A DNA stretch of 63,510 nucleotides, the filler included, from Neolecta irregularis DAH-3 (lineage: Eukaryota): assembly GCA_001929475.1 (NCBI GenBank). It is 17 parts of 17 records of this genome, joined end to end, with 100 filler letters (N's around TTAATTAATTAA, not from the genome) between each part and the next. Parts side by side here need not be neighbours in the genome. Positions count along the whole stretch, not along the records: positions 46,569 to 56,725 come from LXFE01001897.1; positions 56,826 to 60,853 come from LXFE01001898.1; positions 60,954 to 62,200 come from LXFE01001899.1; positions 62,301 to 63,510 come from LXFE01001904.1; 13 more parts are not named here. One strand, 5' to 3'. Made by a program: the position numbers and the translations under genes. This document shows, piece after piece, positions 49,360 through 62,307 of this stretch; the first letter of the stretch is position 1, and each line of letters opens with the position of its first letter. The notes beneath the pieces were generated by a model, which made no database searches, was not told where the DNA came from, and was given only the letters and a program-made list of their open reading frames with translations.

Positions 49360-50809
49360 TAAACCCAGCTCAAAAAGCTCAAGCGACAGAGACTCTGACC
49401 TGAGTGATTATGAAGACATTTGCCCAATCTTACATTTCGATACTTTTGTCGATATCACGTAATATTCCTGCTCTGCCAGTTACTCAAGCGCAAAAGCGCA
49501 CCAGAACCTGAAGTCAAAAAGGCTGTCGCAATCGCTATTGGGCGCCTTGGGATACGGTCATGGCGATCAATGCCTTTGTCTTTGTCTTGCGATCTCTCTC
49601 TCACTAGAATATCAGGAGCTCTAACCAACGCAGTATACTTGGTATCGCCGCCCTGTTCTACTACAGCAAAGAAGATCCTACTGCGAGTATATGGACCTCA
49701 CGTGTCGCACCTCATTGATCGGAGGTTGGAACTACAAACCATTCAGAAATTAAGCAGTCATCACATTGGGCCTCGATTACTGGGCACCTTTTCCAACGGC
49801 AGGTTTGAACAATGGCTTGAATCCTCTGCTTTGACCCGGGAAGAGATTCGTGACCCTATCACTTCTCGGTGCATTGCTCGGCGGATGAGAAAATTGCATG
49901 AGACTATTATTCTAAGCCAGGCAGAGAAACAGTCCATTTTAGTCTGGGAATATTGGGACAAGTGGGTGATCATTGCTCGCCAAGTTATCCAACGACGTCA
50001 AAAAAAGAAATGCCGTAAAGTTCCTGGATTAGACGAGCCTGCCTTTATCGATGCTAATTGGGCCCTTTTTGAAAAAGGCGTTCAAAGCTATCGCGAATGG
50101 CTCCTTGCCCTTCCTCGCGATTATCTTGACGATGTAGTTTTTGCTCATAATGATGTATGCCCAGCTCTGAAATGATGAGAATTCGCTAGAACTTTTTAGA
50201 CTCAATATGGGAATATACTCCGCCTCAAAGTTCCCTCAGATAGACACTTGAAGCCTTCGCATCGAGAGCTTGTGGTCATCGATTTTGAATATGCAGGTCC
50301 GAATCCTCGCGCCTTTGATTTGGCGAATCACTTCGTATGCGTATGCCTCTATCAAAGCTAATTACGAATAGTGTGAATGGATGGCAAACTATCACGATAC
50401 TGTTGCCCCACATATTCTAGATCCAGCAAGCTACCCTAAACCCGATGACATCAGTCGGTTTCTAAACGAATACTTGGAGCACGGGCGCATGTTGAGCGGA
50501 ATGCATCTGAATGTTGAATCGCAACAAAAATTGAATGATGATACTGAAATTAAGCGTTTAGCTGACCAAGTCTTGGCGTGGAGGCCAGCAAGTCATCTGC
50601 TGTGGGTAGCATGGGGAGCTGTCCAAGCAATGGAAGATGCAGACGATTCAGGAGATTGGGAAAATATCGCGGATACGCCAGACTTCTTCAATTACTTGGG
50701 ATATGCCGAGGATCGAATGAAATTATTCTTTGGTGATTTGTGTACTATTGGGCTGCTGAAGGCCGAGGAAATGGTTTCCGGGGGCGTCAAGTTTGTGTAT
50801 TCCGAATAA
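49360..50809 (+). CDS. Choline/ethanolamine kinase (start uncertain)
   Basis: ISGALTNAVY; LLRVYG; GTFSNGRFEQW; FAHND|TQYGNIL; VIDFEYAGPN..FDLANHF|CEW. Confidence 0.92.
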
Positions 50810-50858
50810 ATATAGCAATTTACATAAAAATACTGTAAAGGGAAATCTGAATGAAAAT

Positions 50859-51916
50859 TCACCTAAACCTCTCGAATGCTTCTCTTTCTTGTTCAATGTT
50901 CGTGATAGCCGTATCAATGTTATAGTTTGCAATTGAAGCGGTCAATTCGGCCCCCTCAAAATCTGTGGGTTCAAAGTAACCAAGTCGAATAATTTGAGCG
51001 GCACAATTCGAAATCTCAGGTTGTTCTTTGATTAAGATTTCTTCTAAGACAACCTCTTCTTTTGCTGGTTGTTTGTCGCTCTCATCCGGGCGGGGCTCAT
51101 CCACATCGATGGCCGTATGTTCGTTCTTTTCCTCACTGTGAAATTAATAGTGTCCAGGTTCTTTTTCGGGACATACTCTACGCTATGGAAAGAATTCTCT
51201 TCATCAGAATCAACGTCTCGAACTCCACGTATAACGTTGAGAGTCTCAAAAGCCGACTGTATAACGGGATGTCCAACTTCAGCAAAATGGTCTAATACGT
51301 TTGCGTAATGTTGCCGACTGTTGCTCAGTGTATGTTCAATATGCCTTCCGCACAACCCGATAGAAGTCTGAATCTGTGCAAGTGGTGCGGTAAGAATAGA
51401 TCGAAGGCCACCATTACGAGCATTGTTTCGAGCGACCTGAGAAACTTGCTGGAGTAAATCGTCGATTGCTCGTTTAGCAGCTTTGGATTCCTGAGCGAAA
51501 TTTCGCTCGAGATCTTTCAAATCCGCACCTAGCCCGGCTACAAAATCTCCGAATGGAGTATAGGCGGTTGTTGGTATTGGATCAGTATGTTGTTCGTTAC
51601 TTGTCTCCCTCTCTGGTGTCTGATCCTGTCGGTATTCGTCACCAGTTGGTCTGACTCGCTTCCACAAAAAAGCATTGGTTCTATCACATGTGCCTTGTAT
51701 CTCCTGAATTCGTAGACAAAGCTCTTCCTCCGATCCGATTATAATTTCGTCTCCTTCTTCGTCTGTATATGTCAAGACGTGGTTGGGTGACTGGGTTTGG
51801 GATCGTAGTTGGTCTATCCATGAAGAGTAAAGTCCAGCGGGAAAGTGAGCATGAATAACAGGGCTCTCTAAGCTGGCATCTGCTTGGATATAGTCAAAAC
51901 TGATATCCGTGGCCAT
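50859..51916 (-). CDS. PB1-domain protein with C-terminal UBA-like domain (1 intron)
   Basis: OPCA motif LTYTDEEGDEIIIGSEEEL; intron about 51177-51137; QIIRLGY...ANYNIDTAI. Confidence 0.7.
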
Positions 51917-52347
51917 GTTGGGTGGTGGCGAAAAGGGAGCCACGGAAAAGTGGAAATGGTGTCGTAGTTATTATCGATTGGCGTAGAATATCTCCGACAT
52001 AGGCCTAGCATCTGGCAATTACGTTGTATGTCTTATGCAATCATGAACAAGTCTTCTTTATCAAGGTGCGATGACTTCATGTCCAGAATATAGTATTTCT
52101 TCTGTATCTTATTTTGTGCTGCCTCGATACTCGTTCGACATGATTTCAGATAAGTAATAGAGCTCTGCAATATGGATTTCTGCCCGATCCGGTTGGATTG
52201 GCAAGTAAACTACTCGGACAAGAGCAGAGCTCCGAGGGCCTGTACTAGATAGACAAGATAGATGACTTCAAGACGCATAGCAGGATACAGGTGAACGAAA
52301 GTATCACGAGATTGCAGCAGTGTAGTATTTTGGGTGTGCAGGAGACA

Positions 52348-54412
52348 TTATCTGCGGCTCTCTCGGTCCATCTGCTTCCAAGCAAAGTACAATATGTTCT
52401 TCAGCTGCAATACGTCTTCTCGTTTTCCATCCTTTGCCAGCCGTCGACTTTCATCTGTAAGTACTGCACATCGGGAAACATTTTCTGGCGATACAAAATC
52501 ACACGCGACCTTGATACACGATGAGAGATTACAGACCTGGTGTGCGCAACCCGCTGGTATAAATACTGCGTCGCCCGGGTTCTGATACATTCGATAAGAC
52601 TGAACCCCATATTCATAACTTAATTCCTTCAACTGGTCAGTTGTAAGATAATGTTGCTGACGGTGAATGGGATCATCGCAGTTCATTTTAGGGAACTTTT
52701 CCAGCAAGAAACGGCGAATCTTATCTGTATCAAGTGCAGAGAAGATGTCCCAGACAGCGCATCCTTTCTTATCCGGATTCTCAACGGCATGAACCATGAT
52801 GTTGATAGCATCGGTCATGTCGAGATGGAGATTGGTAGTGCCCTTCCCTCCAATATCTAACATCAGAGAATATTGGACAACCGAATTCACCATCAGATGA
52901 AGGATATGCAATATACATTTTGGGTCCCAGATCTGGTACAAGGTAATCTGGAGGAAATCGTGAATTCAAGTTGTAATATCCAGTGCGTCTAGTATACGAA
53001 GGGAATGGAAGAGCTTGTTGAAAGTCCTCGAAGAGATCAGGAAATGCAGTAGAAAAGTCCTCTGTAGGAGGCCAATCCTATTCCATATCAGTACAGGGAG
53101 CCTGGCGGGAGTATACCTTGAGTTTGAGATTCTGAGTCTTCCCTCGAAAAATTCCTTCCTTGAAATTTTCAAAGAACTCTTGGACAGTAGCTTGAATATC
53201 GGCCCCTGTTTGACAATTCACCAGATAGCATTCAGTCTTGCCATAGTGTTGAATAAAATAATCTGCATCCCAATTTAGTTTAAAGCCTTTTCCCACATTA
53301 TGGAGCATAAAAGGAACACCTTGGCGCCAAAAAGAGCGAAAATCAGACTCTGACAATATATCAACAGGAACTTGGACAACAGGAGCAGTCCACTGATCTG
53401 CCTGTTGAAAGTTAAGCGATTTTTGTAACACAACTGGCGTTAAAGGAATTTTCTCAATTTCGCAAACTCGAGTCAACAGCTCTGATATCTCTTTTGATTT
53501 AAATCGAGTAAGCGGAATCAGGTGTTCCTTTCGATGCTTCCGCCTTCTCGAACAGCGTTGTAAATTTTCATGATATTTCTCGATGCAACTCTCGTCCCAT
53601 TCGTCATAACAATCCAGGCAAAATTCCTTCCCACAAACATAACAAAACCAAAAGCCAGAAAAGATCGTGGTGGCGCAAGTGTCGCATAATGGTCTTATTC
53701 CCTTCTCTCGAGGTCGTCGTATTATCGTACTTTGCTGTTCATGTTTGAGCTCTTGCATTAAGACATCGTGAAAGAAAGGTGCGATGATTCTCATCGCGTA
53801 ACTTCTACTATCATCGGATGGATCTGTGGTAAATGAAGGCTCAAAAACAATTTCGTGTGCATCTTCTAGAGATGCAAATGCATACTGATCAACGTTTATT
53901 GGTTTGCCGTTTTGGGAATCGAAGAGCCGAAAGCCGTTGAATCGACAAGACCCTAGAGAAGCTTGCCGGATGATACAGGATTGACATTGAGGCAGCTGGC
54001 GCAATCTTTGACAAGACATGTTTTGAAGCCATGATTGTGTTGTCTGTGATATTGGTAATGGACCATACAAATCTGCTGAGGATTTTGTACTAGTTTTCTG
54101 TTTCTTGTTGAGAGATCCAGTCTTTCTAGAGCGTTTCTTGCGTTTGATATTACCGATTTTCCTTTGAGGAGAGATGTTTTCTGCACCAGCACTGAGACCA
54201 TCCACGATTTGTCCATTTCCACTGGGAACAAGATTAGCACGGAAGAATAGTAGAGAATACTTGTCGCGCTGCTGAGACATATCTTCGTCATCCAAGCCAT
54301 CATCAGATTCTTGTACTTCCCTGTAATTGACTGCTGTTTTAGAGCGGCGGTTCCTTCCTCGAGTGCTCTCGGTTTGAGTCTTTGTGGGATTGAAATTTTC
54401 CAGCACAGACAT
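52348..54412 (-). CDS. KDM3/JHDM2-type JmjC histone demethylase, 3 introns
   Basis: CDTCATTIFSGFWFCYVCGKEFCLDC; LKLK|DWPP; PDLGPKMYIA; TTNLHLDMTDAIN; FIPAGCAHQV; DFVSPE. Confidence 0.93.
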
Positions 54413-54588
54413 GAACAGCGCCCTGTATTTTTCTATTACCCCGGGAAGATAGAAATAACGTAATTCACAGCGAGCAGAGTTGAGGGCTGACTAACTATTT
54501 CTGTATTTTGATGTTGGTGTGATTGCGAGCCGCAATTTAAACAAACACGTCCAGACCTAGGAAGCCGGACACTATTTCAAAAGTAGAA

Positions 54589-55870
54589 ATGTCCTCCAAT
54601 TGTTCGACGCTTGCAGGAATTGGTCCTGTTCGCCATCCAATCGATGAAGCCAAATTAACGGCATACTTGAAGCAGACAGTTCCGTCTATCGCCCTACCCG
54701 TTAAACTTCTCCAAGTTCGTTTCTCCATTTTTTCGTTCTGATAGCGCAAGTTCACCTACGGACAAAGTAATCCGACGTATTACTTGCGTGACGCCAATAC
54801 AAAGAGCTATGTACTTCGCAAAAAGCCTCCTGGTACTCTCCTATCCAAAACTGCACATGCTGTGGAAAGAGAATATAAGATCTTGAAAGCACTGCAGCCG
54901 ACCAATGTTCCTACTCCAAAAGTATATTCGTTGTGTGAAGATAGCAATGTTATAGGAACTCCGTTCTATGTAAGAAATCTTGCAAGTATAAAAGTTCACA
55001 TTGAGATTATGGAATTTCTCAATGGCAGAGTATTCGCTGATCCATTATTGACTGGCCTACCCCGCGAAGAGAGGCGCCAATGGTAGCATGATTGGACACC
55101 ATATTCTCATTATCAGCTGGAACTCTGCTATTAAAACACTGGTAGCCTTGCATTCCCTCGATCCAGTCTCGATAGGACTTTTGAACTATGGTAAGGCGTC
55201 AGAGTTCTACCCTCGCCAGTTGAAAACATTGACTGCCATCTCGACTGTTCAGGCTGCTGTGAAAGATCAAGACACTGGTCGTCCAGTTGGTGAGATTCCA
55301 TGCTTCAAACAAATGGCTTCCTGGTTCCTGAGAAACCTTCCGGAAGAGCGTTCGACTGTTATTCATGGAGATTTCAAGATTGATAATCTTGTGTTTCATC
55401 CAACTGAATCCATTGTGATTGGCATTTTGGATTGGGAGCTTAGCAGTATTGGTCATCCTCTATCCGATCGTAAGATGCATCTCTGCGCCCAGGTAACATG
55501 ATAGTAAGTAATCTCTGTCAGCCTTACGTGCTTCATAGGGCCATAGGCGGCTTTGCAGGCGCCTATTTAGATGGTGTTCCCCAACTCGATGAGGTGCTTG
55601 AGTTATACACCAGATTATCTTGCTGGGATCCTCGTCCCTTGTGGACTTTTGGTACTGCATTTGCACATCTGAGGGTACGGCGTGAATTGTTGCTCCCGGA
55701 TTTTTATTCCCTAGTTGGCTGTGATATGTCAAGGCATTGCCGCCCGAGTTGCAAGAAAGCAGGCTTCTGGTGCAAAGGCTGCTGTTTACCGCAAAGCATT
55801 CCCAACGCTGGGAGAGAGTGGGTGGCATATGATTATGAACGGTCAAATGGCTTATAAACCGAGAATATAA
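54589..55870 (+). CDS. APH/ACAD10-11 N-terminal-like phosphotransferase, 5 introns
   Basis: [57 protein letters not shown]. Confidence 0.92.
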
Positions 55871-56825
55871 ACTCGAGCCCGCCGGATCTTGAACAAGCCC
55901 CAAAACTACGGCCCGTACTCCACAGACGACTACCCAGACCAGCCACACTATATGTACTGCCCTCGCTGTACTACCCTGCAGGTGCCAGTGCGGTAGATAC
56001 TTGTATCAGTGCGGGTGTAGGTGCTGCTGAGACGCTACTATTACTACGACTATGACTATTACTGCGACTATGACTATGACTACTGCTACGACTAATGCTG
56101 TCTTCTCCTTTCTCCTTCTTCCACTTTGTCTCCTGCCAGGCCTCCCCCACAGCCAGCAGCTCTCTGTGAATCTGGACAAGATGATGAACACCTGCTGCAG
56201 GTGAGGAATTGCGATTGGGAGGAATACTGCTGATTGTAGGGGTAGGAGCCGATCTACCGGGCGCAGCAGCAGATTGGGGCGGTGGTAGCAGCGGGATCGA
56301 CGGGATATGCTGGCGGGGCAGGGACGGGCATGCAGCCTAGGGTTGGGTTAGAATGACAACGCTGCATCCCTCATTCTGGTAAATTTGCAGATAAAAAAGT
56401 GTAATCTTTCATTATATGAGTAGCACTTATTCAGTTATTGTTGTAGTTGAAATAAAGTGGATAGTTTCATTGAAGAGTGCTCATAGGTTGTCATCAGAAA
56501 AATCATGACAAGAAAATACTGGTCATGACCAGTATCTTTTTAAAAAGTTCCTTTACGGTGTACAAAATGCGCCTGTTATTATGTAAGATATATGGTTTAC
56601 AAGATGTAACCCAAGTTTATTTAGCCTAAGTTACAACACTCACACTAGACTGATATGTAGTGTGGGGACATAATCATGCCCCACGATCCGACCGTACTGG
56701 CGCCTAGCAGCACAAGCGACTATGANNNNNNNNNNNNNNNNNNNNNNNNNNNNNNNNNNNNNNNNNNNNTTAATTAATTAANNNNNNNNNNNNNNNNNNN
56801 NNNNNNNNNNNNNNNNNNNNNNNNN

Positions 56826-57098
56826 AAAAAAACGGTTTGACCTGCCAGTGCCCGCCCGCCTGCCGGAAACGTTTTGACCAGCCCGCCCGCCTGCCGGAGA
56901 TTGATTGACCGGACACACTGTAAAACGGTTTATCAAGCAAGTCCAGACAAGCAAGTCCAGACAAGCAAGTCCAAGTTTGCAAGTAAAATAGCAAGTAAGT
57001 CCAAGCAAGCCAGTCCAAAGGCCTGAAATATGCAAGCAAGCAAGTCCAAAGTCCAGAATTGGACTTGCCTACTTGTTAGCAAGTCTGGGTGCAACCCC
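56826..57098. mobile_element. MITE-like element end with AGCAAGTCCA subterminal repeats
   Basis: Repeated GCAAGT(CCA) units and a duplicated GCCCGCCCGCCTGCCGGA; ends ...GGGTGCAACCCC; contig breaks inside it. Confidence 0.55.
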
Positions 57099-57352
57099 GC
57101 ATTCACTAGTTGCTAATATAAATTGATTTCTATCTGGCCATTTCTTCAGTTGCTATTATTTCTCCTCGTGGAAAGGCCTTTAATTAACCTATTTGACCAC
57201 CCGGAATAATAGTCTTGTCTGCGAATAGCTTATTGGAAAGGTCAAGTAGGCTACTTTACATTTCGCGCAGAACACATATACCCCGGTTTCTCCCGACCCC
57301 CGTAACCGCAATCGCCTTGATCCCTGTTGAATATATAATTCCAACCCGCCAC

Positions 57353-58510
57353 ATGAAACCCATCACTACACATCGACGTTATAGTCTCTCTGCCGCATTT
57401 CAGCCGGTTCAGACCATATCGACACAACGGAAAGGAGATGGATTTCTTGAATTCCCATGGCCTACATATGCCATCGACTGGTGCAAATGGCAAACCTCTA
57501 GAAAGATCGCTGTAGGCAGTTTTATAGAAGGAAACCACAACAAAGTATCTCAATCTCTTAAAGATCATGCGATTAATTCAAAGTTACGAATCCTCACGGA
57601 AACAGGAAACCAGGAATTCGATAGTTCAGCCGAAGCCGATACACTGTATCCTTTTACCAAAATTCAATGGGAGCCCAAAAGTGACAAGGTCGCCTGTTCT
57701 TTATTGGCGACTACAAGCGATCATCTAAGGATATGGGAGGATAAAGTTGTCGTAATTGACGAGAAATTGACATTAACCAACGTATTCTTTTTCCTGACCC
57801 TGCTAATAGTCTAGAAAGCTTCAAAATTTTCGGCTCCGTTAACCTCATTTGACTGGAATTTAATATCGCCAAATATTATCGTCACCAGTTCAATAGATAC
57901 TACTTGTACCGTATGGGACATCCATGTGCAAACCGCGAAAACACAATTAATCGCTCATGACAGGGAAGTTTTTGACGTGGGCTTTTTATATGGTAGTACC
58001 GATATCTTTGCAAGTGTAGGATCAGATGGAAGCGTACGCATGTTTGATTTAAGGTATCGTTACAAATAGAAAGGATTGACATACAGGGCCTTGGAACATT
58101 CTACCATTATTTATGAAGGAGTTAATCCTGCGCCGCTATTACGACTATCAATGAATCCACGAGACGCCAATTTTATCGCGACGTTTCACGCTGATAGTTC
58201 AAGTATTCAGATTTTGGATATCCGGAACCCAGGGGTTTCGTTTCTCGAGTTAACTGCTCATGTCGGCAATGTCAATTGTATCTCATGGCAACCTGATTCG
58301 CGGACTGTACTCGCGAGCGGGGGCGATGACTGCCAAATCCTCATATGGGATGTCGAAAAAGATGCTGGATTTCCAAAGAAAGAACCCACGTTGAGTTGGA
58401 GCAGCGACTGGGAAATAAATAATTTGGCTTGGGGACTCTCACTAAACCCCAATGAAAAGAAAATCGCAGTTGCAAGCGGGAAGAGAGTGAGCTATGCAGT
58501 CGGATGTTAA
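57353..58510 (+). CDS. DCAF7: WD40 scaffold of the DCAF7/WDR68 family, 3 introns
   Basis: [54 protein letters not shown]. Confidence 0.93.
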
Positions 58511-58537
58511 TTATTATATTGCAAGTACATGGACAGG

Positions 58538-60223
58538 TCAGGTCGTTTTCAACTTTCGGTTTGCCCTCCATATCTTCAGTTCTGTAATTAATGCCGTTAA
58601 CAGTGGGAATACAAGGGGTCCAAAGAGGGGTGTATATATCGCATATTTATGCTCGTTGGGAAAATAAAGCATGCTGACCATTGTTGGATCGAAGAATGCT
58701 TTTTCAGCTGCTTTATGAGCTGCTCGGCTGAATTCTAAAGCAAGCGTAAATTGAGACGAATGTAACGCCCAACAAGTCTGTTGTCAACAACCTTTCAAGA
58801 AAAACTTCAACCTTTTCGAGAAATAAAATAGAATGCTCTACATCTTCACGCACCCTTTCTGGAACAGCCATATTGCCAATCTGACGAACTAGTCTTGCCA
58901 AACTTCCCATTGTCCCAGCTGCACTAACCAAATTTTCTGCAGTTCGTAATCGAATCAGTCCATCTAAGCTTTTAGGCGACAACAACGAACTCGCGCTAGG
59001 AGAATGGGAAGCAGGTACACCTAATAACGAGAGAAACTGAGAAATAAACGTTGAAAATATGGGTTTCATTTCGTCTTTTGAAAGATGAGTTGAATCAGAT
59101 ATGGGATTGTGAATCAATATTCCTCCCCATTGGGGTACCAAAAATGCATTTGAAGGAACCGGGTTATTCGACCGATCCTTGATGATCAACGGCCGGTATT
59201 TCGGCGATGGTACATAAACGATGAAATTAATTGAAGGATAATCTGAAATTGGAGTTGCTGTTTGTTATTGCGCGAAGACTTGGAGGTGTTACCTAATGTC
59301 CATTCTGCAGAATTGATGAACCCAGGAATTTCATCGATACTCAATTCCCAATGGTCGCCAAAACTCCGAGGTTCAAAAGAGCTCGTAGTATAATACTGGA
59401 TCTGAGAATCGACTGTGAAATTGCTGACAACGCTGAGTTGATGGATGAGGGGCTGTAGGTATGCTACTTATCAATAACTGGCCCTGCAAGCAAATACATC
59501 TCTCTGCATCCTCTATATCCCAGCTTTGAATCAAACCATCTCCTTCGGCGTTCATCAAACTAAATGTAACTCCAAAAGTTGACGAATATTTCAGAACTCG
59601 GATGTTTTGGGCGGAAGTATCTTGAGCAAGAATATCACGAACTATGATACGTTCGCTCGAGAATAAATTAAGAAGATTTGAAGAAATGTATTGTTTTAAT
59701 GCCCCTTTTGATGACAGAGGATACCAAATGGAGAGAGTTCGGTTGTGGTCATGAAAATTGATTGTAGGTTCTGACAAGGTGGGATCCGGAAATAGCAAAA
59801 CTGAATATTCCTCGAGTTTTAGGGATTCGTGCGAGTCTAGTCCATCATTATATATCAAGATTGGGTCATATACCTGGCCTTGAGTGTAATCTTAAATGAT
59901 GGGAATTGAATTCATTCGAATCATCAATCTGATGCTGCGCATTACGAATAAGACTTTCCAAATCCAAGGTCGAATCAAAAGAAGACACGGCAACTGATAT
60001 CGGAAATTCAACACTACATACCTGTTTTATCAATATTTTTCGCATAAAGGTATACCTTTCCCAACGACCACTGTTTCATAGTTTCCAAAGGCAGATTTGC
60101 CCGATATATCCGCGTCGTGATCCACCATAACGGAACGCCCACAATGATTACAGCCCAAAAAGAAAAGACGACTTTACGGCGAGTTGCAGATTCTGGTGGA
60201 AGATTGTTGGAATCGGATGCCAT
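58538..60223 (-). CDS. GPI17: GPI transamidase subunit PIG-S, about 5 introns
   Basis: GVPLWWITTRIYRANLP; FINSAEW; NAFLVPQWGGI; AFFDPTMVSMLYFPNEHKYAIYTPL. Confidence 0.93.
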
Positions 60224-60485
60224 AGGGGAAGTAGTATTGTGGGGAAAAAACTATCTCAACAAGAAATTCATATTTTGATTTTACGATTCCTTTGTCTGTG
60301 TCTGAGATGCAATATTGCATGTAGAATACAACTCATTATTGAAAGTCAAACAACACAGTAGCAAGACTTGTTTACATCCCATGTCTAATAAAGGTGCTGT
60401 TTTTATGTAGAAACATTGCTCTGTCGCCTAAACGCATTCCCTAAACTCCAAATCCCGAAATTCCGAAATAAAACGCCGAAATTGG

Positions 60486-60816
60486 TCAAGTCATTGTCAC
60501 TTGACAGTCAGCTCAATCCCTGGGCTCGTCAATATACCCCAAGGTCTCCGATCCATTGGACACTGGCCCTTTGAACTTTCCGTCCCAATCCATTTCAGCA
60601 AGCAATGCATATGGAAAACATGTGTACATTTTCCCCATACTGGCATTAACCGCGATACAAGGATAGAGAAATACTCAGTGGGCAATTATCGCCTGCAGCT
60701 TTACATTCTGGACAACATCCGTCGAATGGAATTCTGCAAATACCACAGACTTCATCTTGGGAAACATCCCACGTCCAGGTTGCGACGAATCTCATTTTCT
60801 TAATACGGAGTTTCAT
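60486..60816 (-). CDS. APC11: APC/C RING subunit 11, 2 introns
   Basis: CGICRIPFDGCCPECK..GDNCPL|WGKCTHVFHMHCLLKW...CPMDR. Confidence 0.95.
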
Positions 60817-60953
60817 ATCGTCGTTCCAAATGTAACTTGTCTGATAAATGTATNNNNNNNNNNNNNNNNNNNNNNNNNNNNNNNNNNNNNNNNNNNNTTA
60901 ATTAATTAANNNNNNNNNNNNNNNNNNNNNNNNNNNNNNNNNNNNNNNNNNNN

Positions 60954-61670
60954 GTCCTTTTTCCACCAAGCACACTCTAAATACAAAAATTTCCCTAAGT
61001 TCCCCAACCACCACCACATATTCCCCAATATCTTGTGATCCGAGTAAGCAAGGTATAACAAACTTTATACCAGCATGTAGAGCACATTGAGGCAGATATT
61101 TTTTGTCTATGATTTATAAGGTGGATCATCATTGTTAAGGAACCGTTCAGGATTTAAAGCATGAATTTCTCTCTTTTTAACATAAAATGTTGGTGTTTGG
61201 CTTAATCAATAAAGTAAGGCATCAAAATCTTTCTACGACCGGATAGAGGTTGTCAAGCTGAGTATTTCCCTCCTATATTTGCCAAGTTGGATTGAGGTGG
61301 TTAATGAGTTATTGAGCTTTGAAGCAAAAGTTTTCCATCAAAACCACTCCAATGGGAAAAGGTTATCTCCAATTATCCATAAACTACATTGACGATTGTT
61401 TGAGGCAATAGAGGGCATCAAGACAATCCTTTCTTTATGTTGAAGATGTAAGGATAATGGCTAATTAGGCCTCCTTACAGTGGCTTATATAGCCATAGGT
61501 GCCCCTATTCTATAGGTCCCCTATCTCAGGAATTGTGCCTGGTTAATAGTGGGCCCCTGTCTCAGGTACTGCCCCTGGCTAATAGTCTGCCCGTGGCTCA
61601 GGGGTGCCCCTGTGTCATTGGCGCCCCTGTCTCAGAGGATAATCCAGGCTCAGGGATCCCCTGTGTATGT
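60954..61670 (-). mobile_element. Heavily decayed DNA transposon end (subterminal CCCCTGTCTCAGG-like repeats)
   Basis: About 7 GCCCCT(G/A)T-type units at 61500-61665; adjacent stop-riddled frame containing IIGDNL, weakly hAT-like. Confidence 0.35.
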
Positions 61671-62307
61671 TTATTATTGGATTACATAGTACCCAGATGC
61701 CTCTAGGCATATGGGTACTTGGAGTGAGGTCCACTCAGTGTGTCATGTGATCCATGGTCAGGTGATGCCAGACACGAGCCTTGATATTGTTACTGTTAAT
61801 TAGACAACTAGGCAGGAATAAGGTATCTAATTAACAGATATATTGTACATATATATAGTATGTAGCTGTGGGGGTGACACCTTGTCTTTGTATAGGTGTT
61901 TACCACCACAGATACCCTGTGCCTTACATTTGGAGGTCCTACTATTGTAGACATATTTTGAGGTTATGCTTATCAGTGTTATTTGAAGTTAACCAAACTT
62001 GCTGAATACTGAGTGGGACCAATTTTCATAAGTTTCTTTCTGATTTATCAACTGCCCTGTTATTAGGGACTTAATCCAATACAACAATGATCAGGAAGAC
62101 CAAGTACTCGTGACTTGTGAAATCTTCATTGTCAAGGGACCAAGAATATACAGATATCCTGCTGACTTGTACTTTGTCATAATAACTTGATATAAAACTT
62201 NNNNNNNNNNNNNNNNNNNNNNNNNNNNNNNNNNNNNNNNNNNNTTAATTAATTAANNNNNNNNNNNNNNNNNNNNNNNNNNNNNNNNNNNNNNNNNNNN
62301 TCTCAAT

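Noticed and set aside
56516-56535. Perfect 20-bp palindrome ATACTGGTCATGACCAGTAT and a hairpin near 56660 as a Helitron end or ncRNA
   Set aside because: Single occurrence; spacing to a CTRR end does not fit; no supporting copy in the window.
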